NCBI GenBank assembly: GCA_005880875.1
Contig: VBJI01000079.1
Coordinates: 1-63,091 of the forward strand
DNA from: Chloroflexota bacterium
GTDB taxonomy: Bacteria; Chloroflexota; Dormibacteria; CF-121
DNA length: 63,091 bases
Direction of reading: 5' to 3'
Shown: positions 50,401 through 59,411 of the stretch, one piece after another
How the letters are laid out: every line of letters starts with the position of its first letter
How positions within the stretch are numbered: the stretch's first letter is position 1
Program-made: the position numbers and the translations under genes
The notes under the pieces: generated by a model
Database searches by the model: none
What the model saw: the letters and a program-made list of their open reading frames with translations, nothing else
Told to the model about the DNA's origin: nothing

Positions 50401-51412
50401 CAGGCGCGCACCAGCTCGCGGGCGATCACGACCCGCTGCACCTGGTTGGTGCCTTCGTAGATCTGGCAGGCCTTCGCATCGCGTACCCGACGGGCCATCG
50501 GATAGTCCTCGAGATAGCCATAGCCGCCGAAGACCTGCAGGGCGTCCAGCGTGATGTCCATCGCCGCATCGGTCGCGAACAGCTTCGCCATGGAGGCATC
50601 CTTGGTAAACGGCTGACCGGCGTCGCAGAGCGCGGCAGCCTTCCAGGTCATCCAGCGCGCGGCGCGGACCTTGACCGTCATGTCGGCGATCTTGTTCTGG
50701 ATGGTCTGCAGCTCGGCGATTGGCCGGCCGAACTGCTTGCGCTCCCTCGCATAGGCGATGGCGTCATCGAGCGCGCCCTGCGCCAGGCCAATCGCCTGGG
50801 CGCTGATCCCGATCCGACCGCTGTCGAGGGCGCGCATCGCGATCCGGAATCCCTGGCCTTCATCACCGAGCCGGTCGGTTTCGCCCACCGCGCAGTCCTC
50901 CAGATGAACCTCGGCGATCGCCGAGCCGTTCAATCCCATCTTTTTGAAGCGGGGACCGACCTTGAGCCCGGGACTGTCGCCCGCCACGAGGAAGGTGCTA
51001 ATCCCTTCGGCGCCAGCGCCGGGCCGGGTCGTCGCCATCACCACGTAGAGCTGCGCCTCGCCGGCGTTGGTGATGAAGATCTTCGTCCCATTGAGGACAT
51101 AGCCGCCATTCCTTCGAGTGGCCACGGTCTTCAGATGCGCCGCGTCGGAGCCGGCCTCAGGCTCGGTCAGCGCGAAGGCGGCGAGCTTCTTTCCGGTCGC
51201 GAGGTCGGGCAACCAGCGGCGCTTCTGCTCCTCGTTGCCGAACAGCACGATCGGCTCCGTGCCGACCGAGCCGTGCACGTCGAGAATGCCGGCGGTGCTG
51301 GCGATTCATCGGCGTGATCGATCCCCTCCGCACGCGGCTTGACCTCGCGCTCGGCGAAATCCCGAACCAGCCGGCGAATCTCCAGCTGCTCGGCCGTCAG
51401 CGACAGATCCAT
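50400..51412 (-). pseudogene. acyl-CoA dehydrogenase, internally gapped and frameshifted
   Basis: N-part [36 protein letters not shown] (from ATG 51412). The remainder, [28 protein letters not shown]...[10 protein letters not shown]...YEGTNQVQR, is in another frame. The junction is near 51305. Confidence 0.8.
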
Positions 51413-51420
51413 CGTGATGC

Positions 51421-52605
51421 CTAGGCGCCGTTTACGCGAATGATGGTGGCTTCGCCCTGGGCCATCCCGGAGCAGATCCCGGCGGCGCCGACGCCACCAC
51501 CGCGGCGGCGTAGCTCGAACGCCAGGTGCATCAGGATGCGCGCCCCCGAAGCCCCGATCGGATGGCCCACCGCCAGCGCGCCACCGTCGACATTGACCCG
51601 CTGCTCGTCGATGCCGAGCAGGTCCATCGCGGTGCAGGCGACCGCCGCAAAGGCCTCGTTGATCTCGAACAGACTCACGTCCGAGACGCGAAAGCCGAGC
51701 TTTTTCAGGCCGGCCTGGATGGACGAGGCGGGTACCGTCGCCAGGTAGGGCGTGTCGGCGGCGGATTCCCCGTAGGCGAGCCATTCGGCGAGGATCGGGA
51801 GGCCACGACGCTTCGCTTCCGCGGCACTCATCACCAGCAACGCGGCCGCCCCATCGTTGACGCCTGGGGCGTTGCCGGCGGTCACGGTCCCTTCCGGTTG
51901 GAAGACCGGCGTCAGGCGCGCGAGTCCCTCGAGCGTGGTATCCGGCCGAGGTTGCTCGTCCGCTGCGACGGTCGTGGTGCCCTTTGAATTCGCAATCGCC
52001 ACCGGGACAAGCTCATCGTCGAAGTGACCCGCCTTGAGCCCCACGGCATACCGCTGCTGGCTGCCATAGGCATATGCGTCCTGCCGTTCTCGGGAGACCT
52101 CGAACTCTTTCGCCACATTGCTCCCCTCGACCGCCATGTGGCAGCCATTCGCAGGGTCGATCAGACCGTCGCGAACCATGCTGTCGATAAGCGCACCGTC
52201 GCCGAGCCGGTATCCGAAGCGCGCCTTCTCCAGCAGGTAAGGGGACCGGCTCATGCTCTCCATGCCGCCGGCGACGACCACCTCGGCGTCGCCATTGCGG
52301 ATCAGCAGGGCCGCCAGGTTCACCGCCTTGAGCGACGAGGCGCACACCTTGTTGACGCTCAGCGCCGGCACGTTGGTGGGCAGTCCCGCTTTGATGGCGG
52401 CCTGGCGCGCCGGGATCTGGCCCATGCCGGCGGTAATCACCGTCCCCATGATCACCTGATCAACGTCGCCGCCCGCGACGTGCCCTCGGTCGAGCACTTC
52501 CTTGATGACGATCGCGCCGAGATCGGGCGCGGCGAGCGTCGAGAGGCCGCCACCCAGCTTGCCAAACGGTGTGCGGGCGGCCGCCACCAGCACGACGTCC
52601 TCCAC
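51421..52605 (-). CDS. acetyl-CoA C-acetyltransferase (thiolase II)
   Basis: ...VNKVCASSLKAV... (active-site Cys), ...NEAFA..., ...GHPIGASGARIL..., ...GICSGMAQG... Confidence 0.92.
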   Translation of the reverse strand: MEDVVLVAAARTPFGKLGGGLSTLAAPDLGAIVIKEVLDRGHVAGGDVDQVIMGTVITAGMGQIPARQAAIKAGLPTNVPALSVNKVCASSLKAVNLAALLIRNGDAEVVVAGGMESMSRSPYLLEKARFGYRLGDGALIDSMVRDGLIDPANGCHMAVEGSNVAKEFEVSRERQDAYAYGSQQRYAVGLKAGHFDDELVPVAIANSKGTTTVAADEQPRPDTTLEGLARLTPVFQPEGTVTAGNAPGVNDGAAALLVMSAAEAKRRGLPILAEWLAYGESAADTPYLATVPASSIQAGLKKLGFRVSDVSLFEINEAFAAVACTAMDLLGIDEQRVNVDGGALAVGHPIGASGARILMHLAFELRRRGGGVGAAGICSGMAQGEATIIRVNGA

Positions 52606-52650
52606 GAATTCATTCTAGGATCGCCGAAAACGCGCCATATACTTGCCTGC

Positions 52651-54204
52651 GTGAGCGCGGCCAAGCCGGATCCTGACGCCACCCCCGTCGAAGAGCTGAA
52701 GGCGCGCTCGGAGGCCGCCCGCGCCGGCGGTTCGGCCAAGTACGCCGAGAAGCTCCGCCAGGACCACAAGCTTCCGGTGCGGCGCCGGCTGGAGCTGCTG
52801 CTCGATCCAGATTTTCTGATCGAAGATGGGCTGCTGGCCCATGCGGATGAGCCCGGCTACGGCGCCGACGGCGTCGTCACGGTCGTGGGTCGGATCGAGG
52901 GACGCACCGTCTGCATCATGGCCAACGACCCCACCGTGAAGGCCGGGTCGTGGGGACCCCGCACGGTGGAAAAGATCGTTCGCATCCAGGAGACGGCGGA
53001 GCGCTTGCGGGCGCCGATCTTCTACCTGGTCGATTCCGCTGGGGCCCGGATCACCGAGCAGGTCGAGATGTTCCCCGGCCGGCGACATGCGGGCCGCATT
53101 TTCTTCCAGGAGGTGCAGCTTTCCGGTGTCGTCCCGCAAATCTGCCTGCTGTTCGGCCCCTCGGCCGCGGGCGGCGCCTACATTCCGGCCTTCTGCGACA
53201 TCACCATCATGGTCGAGGGCAACGCCAGCATGTACCTCGGGTCACCGCGGATGGCCGAGATGGTGATCGGCGAGAAAGTGACGCTGGAGGAGATGGGCGG
53301 CGCCCGGATGCACGCCACGGTCAGCGGATGCGGCGACATGCTGGTGGCCACCGAAGAAGAAGCGATCGAGGCCGGCCGGCGCTTCCTCGGGTACCTCCCG
53401 CAGAACTGGCAGGAGACGCCGCGGGCTCAGCCCCCGGTCGAGGCTCGGCCAGCGGTGCCGCTGGAGACATTGGTCCCCGAGGACGAAGGGCGCGCCTTCA
53501 ACATGCAGCAGCTGGTCGACGGCGTGGTCGACGCGGGCAGCTTTTTCGAGATCAAGAAGCTCTATGCCCGGGAGATCATCTGCGGGCTGGCGCGGATCGG
53601 CGGCCGGGTAGTCGGCATCATCGCCAACCAGCCGATGCACAAGGGCGGCATCCTCTTCGTGGACTCGGCCGACAAGGCGGCGCGCTTCATCTGGCTCTGC
53701 GATGCGTTCAACATTCCACTGTTGTTTCTCGCCGACGTGCCCGGCTTCATGATCGGGACCGCGGTCGAGCGGCAGGGCATCATCCGCCACGGCGCCAAGA
53801 TGATCGCCGCGGTCGCCGAATCGACGGTGCCCAAGATCTCCGTGATCGTGCGCAAGGCCTACGGCGCCGGGCTCTATGCCATGGCCGGGCCCGCCTATGA
53901 ACCGAACGCCACGCTGGCGCTGCCCACGGCCATGATCGGCGTGATGGGGCCCAGCGCGGCGGTCAACGCTGTCTTTTACAACAAGATCCAGGAGCTGCCG
54001 GAGGGGGAGCGTCCCGCTTACGTGAAGAAGTTGCAGGACGAGTATCGGGAAGACATCGACCTGTATCGGCTGGCCTCGGACCTGATCGTCGATGCGGTGG
54101 TAGCCCCTACCGACCTGCGAAGAGAGCTGGTCAATCGCTTTGCGGCGTATGCCACCAGTCAACGCCCGCGGGTCGACCGCAAGCACGGGGTCTTCCCCGT
54201 CTAG
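52651..54204 (+). CDS. acyl-CoA carboxylase carboxyltransferase subunit (propionyl-CoA carboxylase beta / methylmalonyl-CoA carboxyltransferase family)
   Basis: I chose GTG 52651; the track ORF extends upstream as antisense to the thiolase. ...VVTVVGRIEGRTVCIMANDPTVKAGSWG...GPSAAGGAYIPAFCD...ANQPMHKGGILFVDSADKAARFI...PGFMIGTAVERQGIIRHGAKM... Confidence 0.88.
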   Translation: MSAAKPDPDATPVEELKARSEAARAGGSAKYAEKLRQDHKLPVRRRLELLLDPDFLIEDGLLAHADEPGYGADGVVTVVGRIEGRTVCIMANDPTVKAGSWGPRTVEKIVRIQETAERLRAPIFYLVDSAGARITEQVEMFPGRRHAGRIFFQEVQLSGVVPQICLLFGPSAAGGAYIPAFCDITIMVEGNASMYLGSPRMAEMVIGEKVTLEEMGGARMHATVSGCGDMLVATEEEAIEAGRRFLGYLPQNWQETPRAQPPVEARPAVPLETLVPEDEGRAFNMQQLVDGVVDAGSFFEIKKLYAREIICGLARIGGRVVGIIANQPMHKGGILFVDSADKAARFIWLCDAFNIPLLFLADVPGFMIGTAVERQGIIRHGAKMIAAVAESTVPKISVIVRKAYGAGLYAMAGPAYEPNATLALPTAMIGVMGPSAAVNAVFYNKIQELPEGERPAYVKKLQDEYREDIDLYRLASDLIVDAVVAPTDLRRELVNRFAAYATSQRPRVDRKHGVFPV

Positions 54205-55442
54205 AGCTCGCCCGGCGACGGGGCGTGATCCTTCGGGATCAGGACCAGGGCCACCACCACCGCGACAGCGCTGACGGCCGCGCCGAGCAGCAGCGGCAGG
54301 GCGATGCCACGCTCCAGGAGTGGACCGGAGAGGGCCGATCCGATCGGTTGTCCCGCAAAGTTCAGACTCATCGACACGGCAAAGGCGCGCCCGAACCAGG
54401 CGGGGTCCGTCCGCCGCTGCCGCAACGCGAAGATCCCGATATTGACGGCGGAGCCCGCCAGGCCGGCGATGACCGCGATGGCGAAGGCCATCGGCAGGCT
54501 GGTCGTAAACGCCAACAAGGCCAGGGCCGGTACCTGGGTCGCGATGCAGCCGGCGATCAAGAGCCGCTCACGCCCCTCGGTATCGAGCCGGCCAATCAGC
54601 AAACCGGACACCAGGCCGGCCAGGCCGAAGACGGCGAAAACCTGACCGACCGTCGCCGCGCTGCCATGCAGTTGCCGGAGGACGAGCACCGGGATGCCGA
54701 CCGGGAGAACGCCGAACCCGAGGTTGGCGACGAACAGCGTGATCGCGAGACCGCGCAGGCTCCGATGACGGAGGACGTAGCGAAGCGCCGCCCAGGCGTC
54801 GCCGACCAGCGAATTCACGGCTTCGACCCGCGCAATCGGTTCGGCGACGCCAACCAGCGAGAACGCCGCCAGCGCGGCCACGCCCGCGACGGCGAGCAAT
54901 CCAACCTCGGGTCCAAATCGCGCCACTATCAGGCCGGCGATGGCGGGACCGATGATGGCCATCAACGAATAGCTACTGGTGTCGAGCCCATTGGCGCGGT
55001 CCCACAGCGTTCGGGGCAGCATCAGCGGGAAGAGCGATCGGGCGCCGGTGATGCTCATGATGTTGCTCACGGCCAGGACGGCGACCAGTGCCAGCAGGAG
55101 CGCGGGCGGCAACCGATGGTTGAGCGAGAGGACCACGATGGTGGTCATCAAGGCGGCCGTCAGGGCGTAATCGATGACCATCAGCCGGACCCGTCCCTGG
55201 CGGTCGAGCAAGGCGCCGGCGACCGGACTCAAGGCCAGACCAGGGAGGATGGCGAGCAGGACGGTCAGGCCCGCCAGGCTGGGCGACCGATATCGCTGGA
55301 GCACGAAGAGCACGAGGACGATCTCCCACATCTGTGCCCCGAGCCGGGCCAGCAGCGTCCCCAGCGCGACCCGAGCGAAGCCGGGCACCCGGAGCAGCGC
55401 GGCGTAGGACCGCTCAGCCGGCGCCGCGTCAGATCCCAACAT
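54201..55442 (-). CDS. MFS transporter
   Basis: I chose the internal ATG 55442 (MLGSDAAPAERSYAALLRVPGF...). The upstream extension of the track ORF is Arg-rich and overlaps the neighbouring gene. About 12 TM. Confidence 0.8.
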   Translation of the reverse strand: MLGSDAAPAERSYAALLRVPGFARVALGTLLARLGAQMWEIVLVLFVLQRYRSPSLAGLTVLLAILPGLALSPVAGALLDRQGRVRLMVIDYALTAALMTTIVVLSLNHRLPPALLLALVAVLAVSNIMSITGARSLFPLMLPRTLWDRANGLDTSSYSLMAIIGPAIAGLIVARFGPEVGLLAVAGVAALAAFSLVGVAEPIARVEAVNSLVGDAWAALRYVLRHRSLRGLAITLFVANLGFGVLPVGIPVLVLRQLHGSAATVGQVFAVFGLAGLVSGLLIGRLDTEGRERLLIAGCIATQVPALALLAFTTSLPMAFAIAVIAGLAGSAVNIGIFALRQRRTDPAWFGRAFAVSMSLNFAGQPIGSALSGPLLERGIALPLLLGAAVSAVAVVVALVLIPKDHAPSPGEL

Positions 55443-55467
55443 CGCCGTGTGGAATCTATCCGATACC
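55435..55467 (+). repeat. direct repeat copy 1 (33 nt; MFS start region plus dead SGNH start stub)
   Basis: cccaacatcgccgtgtggaatctatccgatacc. It is 30/33 identical to 56882-56914. Confidence 0.85.
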
Positions 55468-55489
55468 CGGCACGCGGTGCGCCGAGCGT

Positions 55490-56875
55490 CTACGAGTGGC
55501 CGACGGCGACGATCGTCCGGCCGGCTGCGACAAAGACGCGCCCATCGGCGGCGGCGGGCGTGGCGAAATGCGGCGTCGCTCCGAGTGACAGTTGGAAGGC
55601 GACCGCCCCGGTCTTCGGATCGAGACCGACCAGCCGAGCCCCGCCACGATCGATGGTCAAGACCAGGCCGCCGGCGACGATCGGCGGCTCGGCCCAGAAT
55701 CGTGGGCCGCGCCAGGCCACGGTAAAGCGGTCGCCGGTTTCCAGCCGTAGCGCGGTCAAACCATCGGAACACGCGACGTAGATATAGGGCGACAGGAAGG
55801 CGGTACCGCCCCACGCTCCGCCGCACACCGGCGCCCGGAACGCCTGGCCGTTGATCCCTCCCAGGTGGTCCGCCCGCAGCAGGTAACCGATGCCGTCCTT
55901 GCCAGCCTGAAACAGGAGGTTGCCGCTGATCAGGGCGGGACCGATCGACCCGAGGTCGGCATCGCCCGCGTTCAGGTCCGCCCAGTTCGCCGGGGCAAAC
56001 CAGTCGAGCACGCGAAGTTCCGGTGAGAGACGGATGACCGCATCCCCGAAGTCGAACGTCCCCGTCGAGTTGCCGTTGCCGGTCGAGACATAGAGTTCAC
56101 CCGAGGCATCGACGGCCGCCCCTGATGGTCCCCAGATCCCGGCACGGCCATCCGCATTGACCCGGTAGGTCAGGGGCGAACCGCTGCCATCGGTCCGCAC
56201 GCCCACCACCCAACCGTTATAGGTTCCGCAGTCGCCAAACAGCCCGCCAAACGGCACATACACGACGCCCCGCGATAGCGCCAGCGCCGCCCGTTGCTGT
56301 AACGCCCGCGGATCCGCCAGTGGCGGATCGACCGATCGGCGCGAGCGTACCGAACCGTCGGCGAGGTCGAGGCCGACCAGCTCGTGTCGCCCGGGCTGCA
56401 CGAACGCCACCACCCAGAGCCGACCCGCCGGGGGATCGATGACCGGCGTTCCGGTGATCCCGAGTGGATCGATATCGCCACAGGGAAGCTGGCTTTGTGG
56501 GACCGGCTCGCCCAGATGGGTCCGCCACACCTGGCGGCCGGTCTTCGCGTCGAGCGCGTAGACGGAGTCGTCCTCGGTCGCCACCAGGACCCGGTTAGCG
56601 GCGACCAGTGGCTCGGCGAAGAGCTGCCCGTCGAGCAATGGCGATACCCAGATGCGCTGCGTCGGGAGGATTGACGACGTGGTCGGATCGTATCCGCTGC
56701 GCGAGAGATCACGGTGATAAGTCGGCCATCCAGCCGCCGCAGCCGCCGACGTGCCGCCAAAAGCTGGGGGATTGGAGGGCGACGAGGGCTGGGTGGCCTG
56801 GCCGGCACAACTGGTGGCGACGAGCAGGAGCACCGCCGGTGCCCACCGTCGTGCATGGCTGACGCGACCGATCAT
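55490..56875 (-). CDS. PQQ-like / BamB-like beta-propeller repeat lipoprotein
   Basis: Lipobox LLLVATSC. Repeated ...V.V.T.DG.VYALD..TG...W... blades, for example VLVATEDDSVYALDAKTGRQVWR. Confidence 0.75.
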   Translation of the reverse strand: MIGRVSHARRWAPAVLLLVATSCAGQATQPSSPSNPPAFGGTSAAAAAGWPTYHRDLSRSGYDPTTSSILPTQRIWVSPLLDGQLFAEPLVAANRVLVATEDDSVYALDAKTGRQVWRTHLGEPVPQSQLPCGDIDPLGITGTPVIDPPAGRLWVVAFVQPGRHELVGLDLADGSVRSRRSVDPPLADPRALQQRAALALSRGVVYVPFGGLFGDCGTYNGWVVGVRTDGSGSPLTYRVNADGRAGIWGPSGAAVDASGELYVSTGNGNSTGTFDFGDAVIRLSPELRVLDWFAPANWADLNAGDADLGSIGPALISGNLLFQAGKDGIGYLLRADHLGGINGQAFRAPVCGGAWGGTAFLSPYIYVACSDGLTALRLETGDRFTVAWRGPRFWAEPPIVAGGLVLTIDRGGARLVGLDPKTGAVAFQLSLGATPHFATPAAADGRVFVAAGRTIVAVGHS

Positions 56876-56889
56876 TTCGGACCTAACAT
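56872..56889 (-). other. 5-codon leader mini-ORF (MLGPK*) derived from the duplicated MFS start; overlaps the beta-propeller ATG as ATGA
   Basis: ATG TTA GGT CCG AAA TGA read on the minus strand. Compare ATG TTG GGA TCT GAC at the real MFS start. Confidence 0.3.
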
Positions 56890-56914
56890 CGCCCTGTGGA
56901 ATCTATCCGATATC
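56882..56914 (+). repeat. direct repeat copy 2 (33 nt; real SGNH start plus dead MFS start stub)
   Basis: cctaacatcgccctgtggaatctatccgatatc. It lies 1447 nt downstream of copy 1. Confidence 0.85.
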
Positions 56915-57519
56915 TCGCGCTCGGCGATTCCTATACGATCGGCACCGGGCTCGAAGACGAAGCCCAGAACTTTCCGAGCCTGCTCGCGAAGAGGCTGAGG
57001 GAGGAGACCGGGGTGGACGTCGCTCTGGTCAACCTCGGCGTGAATGGATACACGACGGCGGACCTGATCCGCGAGGAGTTGCCCGTTGCGCCTGGCGTTC
57101 GGCCGGAACTCGTAACGGTTCTGATCGGTGCCAACGACATCGTGCAGGGCTCGGATGAAGCATCGTACCGTCGCCGGCTGCAGGGGATCTATGCTGCGGT
57201 GGAGCAACTCGGAGTGCCGGCGGAACGCGTCCTGTCGATATCGGTCCCCGACTTTTCCAGCCTGCCTGGCGCTGCGCCGTTTGGAGCGCCGCGTCAACTC
57301 CGGGCGCGGGTGGACGCCTTCAACAGGATCGCCGAGTCGGAGGCTGCCGCTCGTGGTTTTCGTTACGCGGACATCACGGCCATCAGCCGCGAGCCGGACC
57401 GTGGCGACGGTTGGGTCGCCGATGACGGGCTTCATCCCGGCCCGGCGCAGCATCGAGCCATCGCCGGCAAGCTGTGGGCCGTCGTGGCTACGGCGTGGAC
57501 GCGGATCAGGTCGTCATGA
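56896..57519 (+). CDS. SGNH/GDSL hydrolase
   Basis: Block I YLALGDSYTIG, block III GANDI, block V DDGLHP. Confidence 0.85.
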   Translation: MESIRYLALGDSYTIGTGLEDEAQNFPSLLAKRLREETGVDVALVNLGVNGYTTADLIREELPVAPGVRPELVTVLIGANDIVQGSDEASYRRRLQGIYAAVEQLGVPAERVLSISVPDFSSLPGAAPFGAPRQLRARVDAFNRIAESEAAARGFRYADITAISREPDRGDGWVADDGLHPGPAQHRAIAGKLWAVVATAWTRIRSS

Positions 57520-57574
57520 GAATGGAATGAGAATCCGCAGTTTTTCGCGCGGCTTTTGATAGCCTCGATCTCCC

Positions 57575-58306
57575 ATGCGCCTCATCGGACCCGGCCTCGC
57601 GCGCCGCGATGTTGCGCAGACGAGTACCATCACCCGCCTCGGCTCCGCCATCCGCCTGCAACGGGTCAACCACTGGTATCGGTCCGGCCGCTCGACGGTT
57701 GAGGCGCTCCACGAGATCGATCTCGAGATCCCGGCCGCCGGCTACGTCGCGCTGACCGGTTCATCGGGAGCGGGCAAGAGCACGCTGCTCTCGCTGATCG
57801 GAGGACTCGAACGACCGCAGTCGGGCGAGCTCCGAGTCGGCGAGCACCAGCTGCGCCAACTGCAAGGCGACGCGCTCGCCGCTTATCGCCGCGCGACCAT
57901 CGGATTCGTCTTCCAGCATTTCGGGCTGCTCGACCTGCTGACGGCACGCGAGAATGTCGAGCTCGCTGCGTCACTGTCCACCTCGACGCGCCGGCGCGAG
58001 CGAGCCAACCAGCTTCTCGATGAGGTCGGTCTGCGGGATCGGGCCGACCATCGGCCCGGGGAATTGAGCGGCGGTGAGCGACAGCGGGTCGCCATCGCCC
58101 GCGCCCTGGTGAACGATCCGAGCGTGATCCTGGCGGATGAACCGACCGGAAATCTGGATGCCGCCAGCGGCGCGCGCGTCCTCGATCTGCTCGAGCGGCT
58201 GCATGCCGAGCGCAGCTGCACCCTGCTGGTCGTCACACACAACGAGACGATCGCGAAGCGCGCCACCCGGCGATACCGGCTGGACGCCGGCCGGCTGATC
58301 GCATGA
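57575..58306 (+). CDS. ABC transporter ATPase (MacB/LolD/FtsE-like)
   Basis: GSSGAGKSTLL, FVFQHFGLL, LSGGERQRVAIARAL, ILADEPTGNLD. Confidence 0.9.
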   Translation: MRLIGPGLARRDVAQTSTITRLGSAIRLQRVNHWYRSGRSTVEALHEIDLEIPAAGYVALTGSSGAGKSTLLSLIGGLERPQSGELRVGEHQLRQLQGDALAAYRRATIGFVFQHFGLLDLLTARENVELAASLSTSTRRRERANQLLDEVGLRDRADHRPGELSGGERQRVAIARALVNDPSVILADEPTGNLDAASGARVLDLLERLHAERSCTLLVVTHNETIAKRATRRYRLDAGRLIA

Positions 58307-59411
58307 AGTGGACCGACTCCCTGGGATTGGCCGCAAAAAGCCTGCGCCGGCGTCCAGCTCGGGCGCTGCTGACGATCCTCGCCGTCGCCCTGGGAACGAC
58401 GTTGCTGGTGGCGCTGGGGAGCGTTGCCTCGACCGCCGGAAGCCGTATCGTCAGCAAGCTGAGCAATGGCGGCCCCGGGACGGCGATCAAGGTTGCGGCC
58501 TCCCAGGCCGATTCGGACCAGGCGTACACGGACGACCTGCGTGCGACCGGTCCGAAGCCGATCACCGCCACCACCGTCCAGACCCTGCGACGTTCCCCGC
58601 ACATCGCCACGGTCATTCCCGTGATGGCGGCCCGGGTCCTGGTCGTACCGCCACCATTCGGTTCCAAGGCGTCGTCGGTCAAGGCGCCGGTCGCCTTCGG
58701 CGACACCCTGGTCGGCGTCGACATGCGGCAAGCAAACAATCTGCCGATCACGATTCTGGCCGGCCGATTGCCACGCACCGGCTCGTTGACCGAGGTCGCC
58801 GTCACCGAGACGTATCTCGATCACGCGGCGATGCCGGTTGCGAGCGTGATCGGCACCGAGGTGGAGCTCGCCGAGCCGCAGGCCTTTCAAAGCCAGACGG
58901 GCCTGCAGTTCCGCGGCCGCTGGCTGCGTGCCCGAATCGTCGGCGTCGTCTCGCAACAGGTCGGAAGCGGCGCGCTGCTGGTGCCGGTCGAGCAGACGCA
59001 ACGCGCTCGAGCCTGGACGCTGGCCGGCTGCTCCGCTACCTGCGGGTGGTGGACATCGTGCTGGCCGGAATCGGGACGATCGCGCTTGGCATCGCCGGCA
59101 TGGGCGTGGCGAACGCCTTGCTGGCGGCCGTCCGGGAGCGCCGCCGAGAGATCGGCGTGCTGAAGGCGATCGGGGCCCGCGATCGCGACATCCTTCGATG
59201 GTTCTTGCTGGAGGCCTTTGCCGTCGGGAGCGTCGGGGGAATTCTGGGGACGGTCGCCGGCCTGCTCATCGCGCTCTGGGTCGGCGTTTCCGTCAACGAC
59301 TATCTCAGCCAGCAAGGACTGCAGAGCATCCAATTCGGGGAGGTGTCGTGGCCGCTGATCATCGCCGCCATCGCGCGGCTCGCCCCCCGGGAGGCCGTGG
59401 CCGGGATATGA
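58303..59411 (+). pseudogene. FtsX/MacB-type ABC permease, frameshifted with an apparent internal gap
   Basis: Frame 1 gives MKWTDSLGLAAKSLRRRPARALLTILAVALGTTLLV... through ...LLVPVEQTQRA (about 59010). The conserved FtsX core LRYLRVVDIVLAGIGTIALGIAGMGVANALLAAVRERRREIGVLKAIGARDRDILRWFLLEA... continues in another frame to 59411. Confidence 0.75.
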
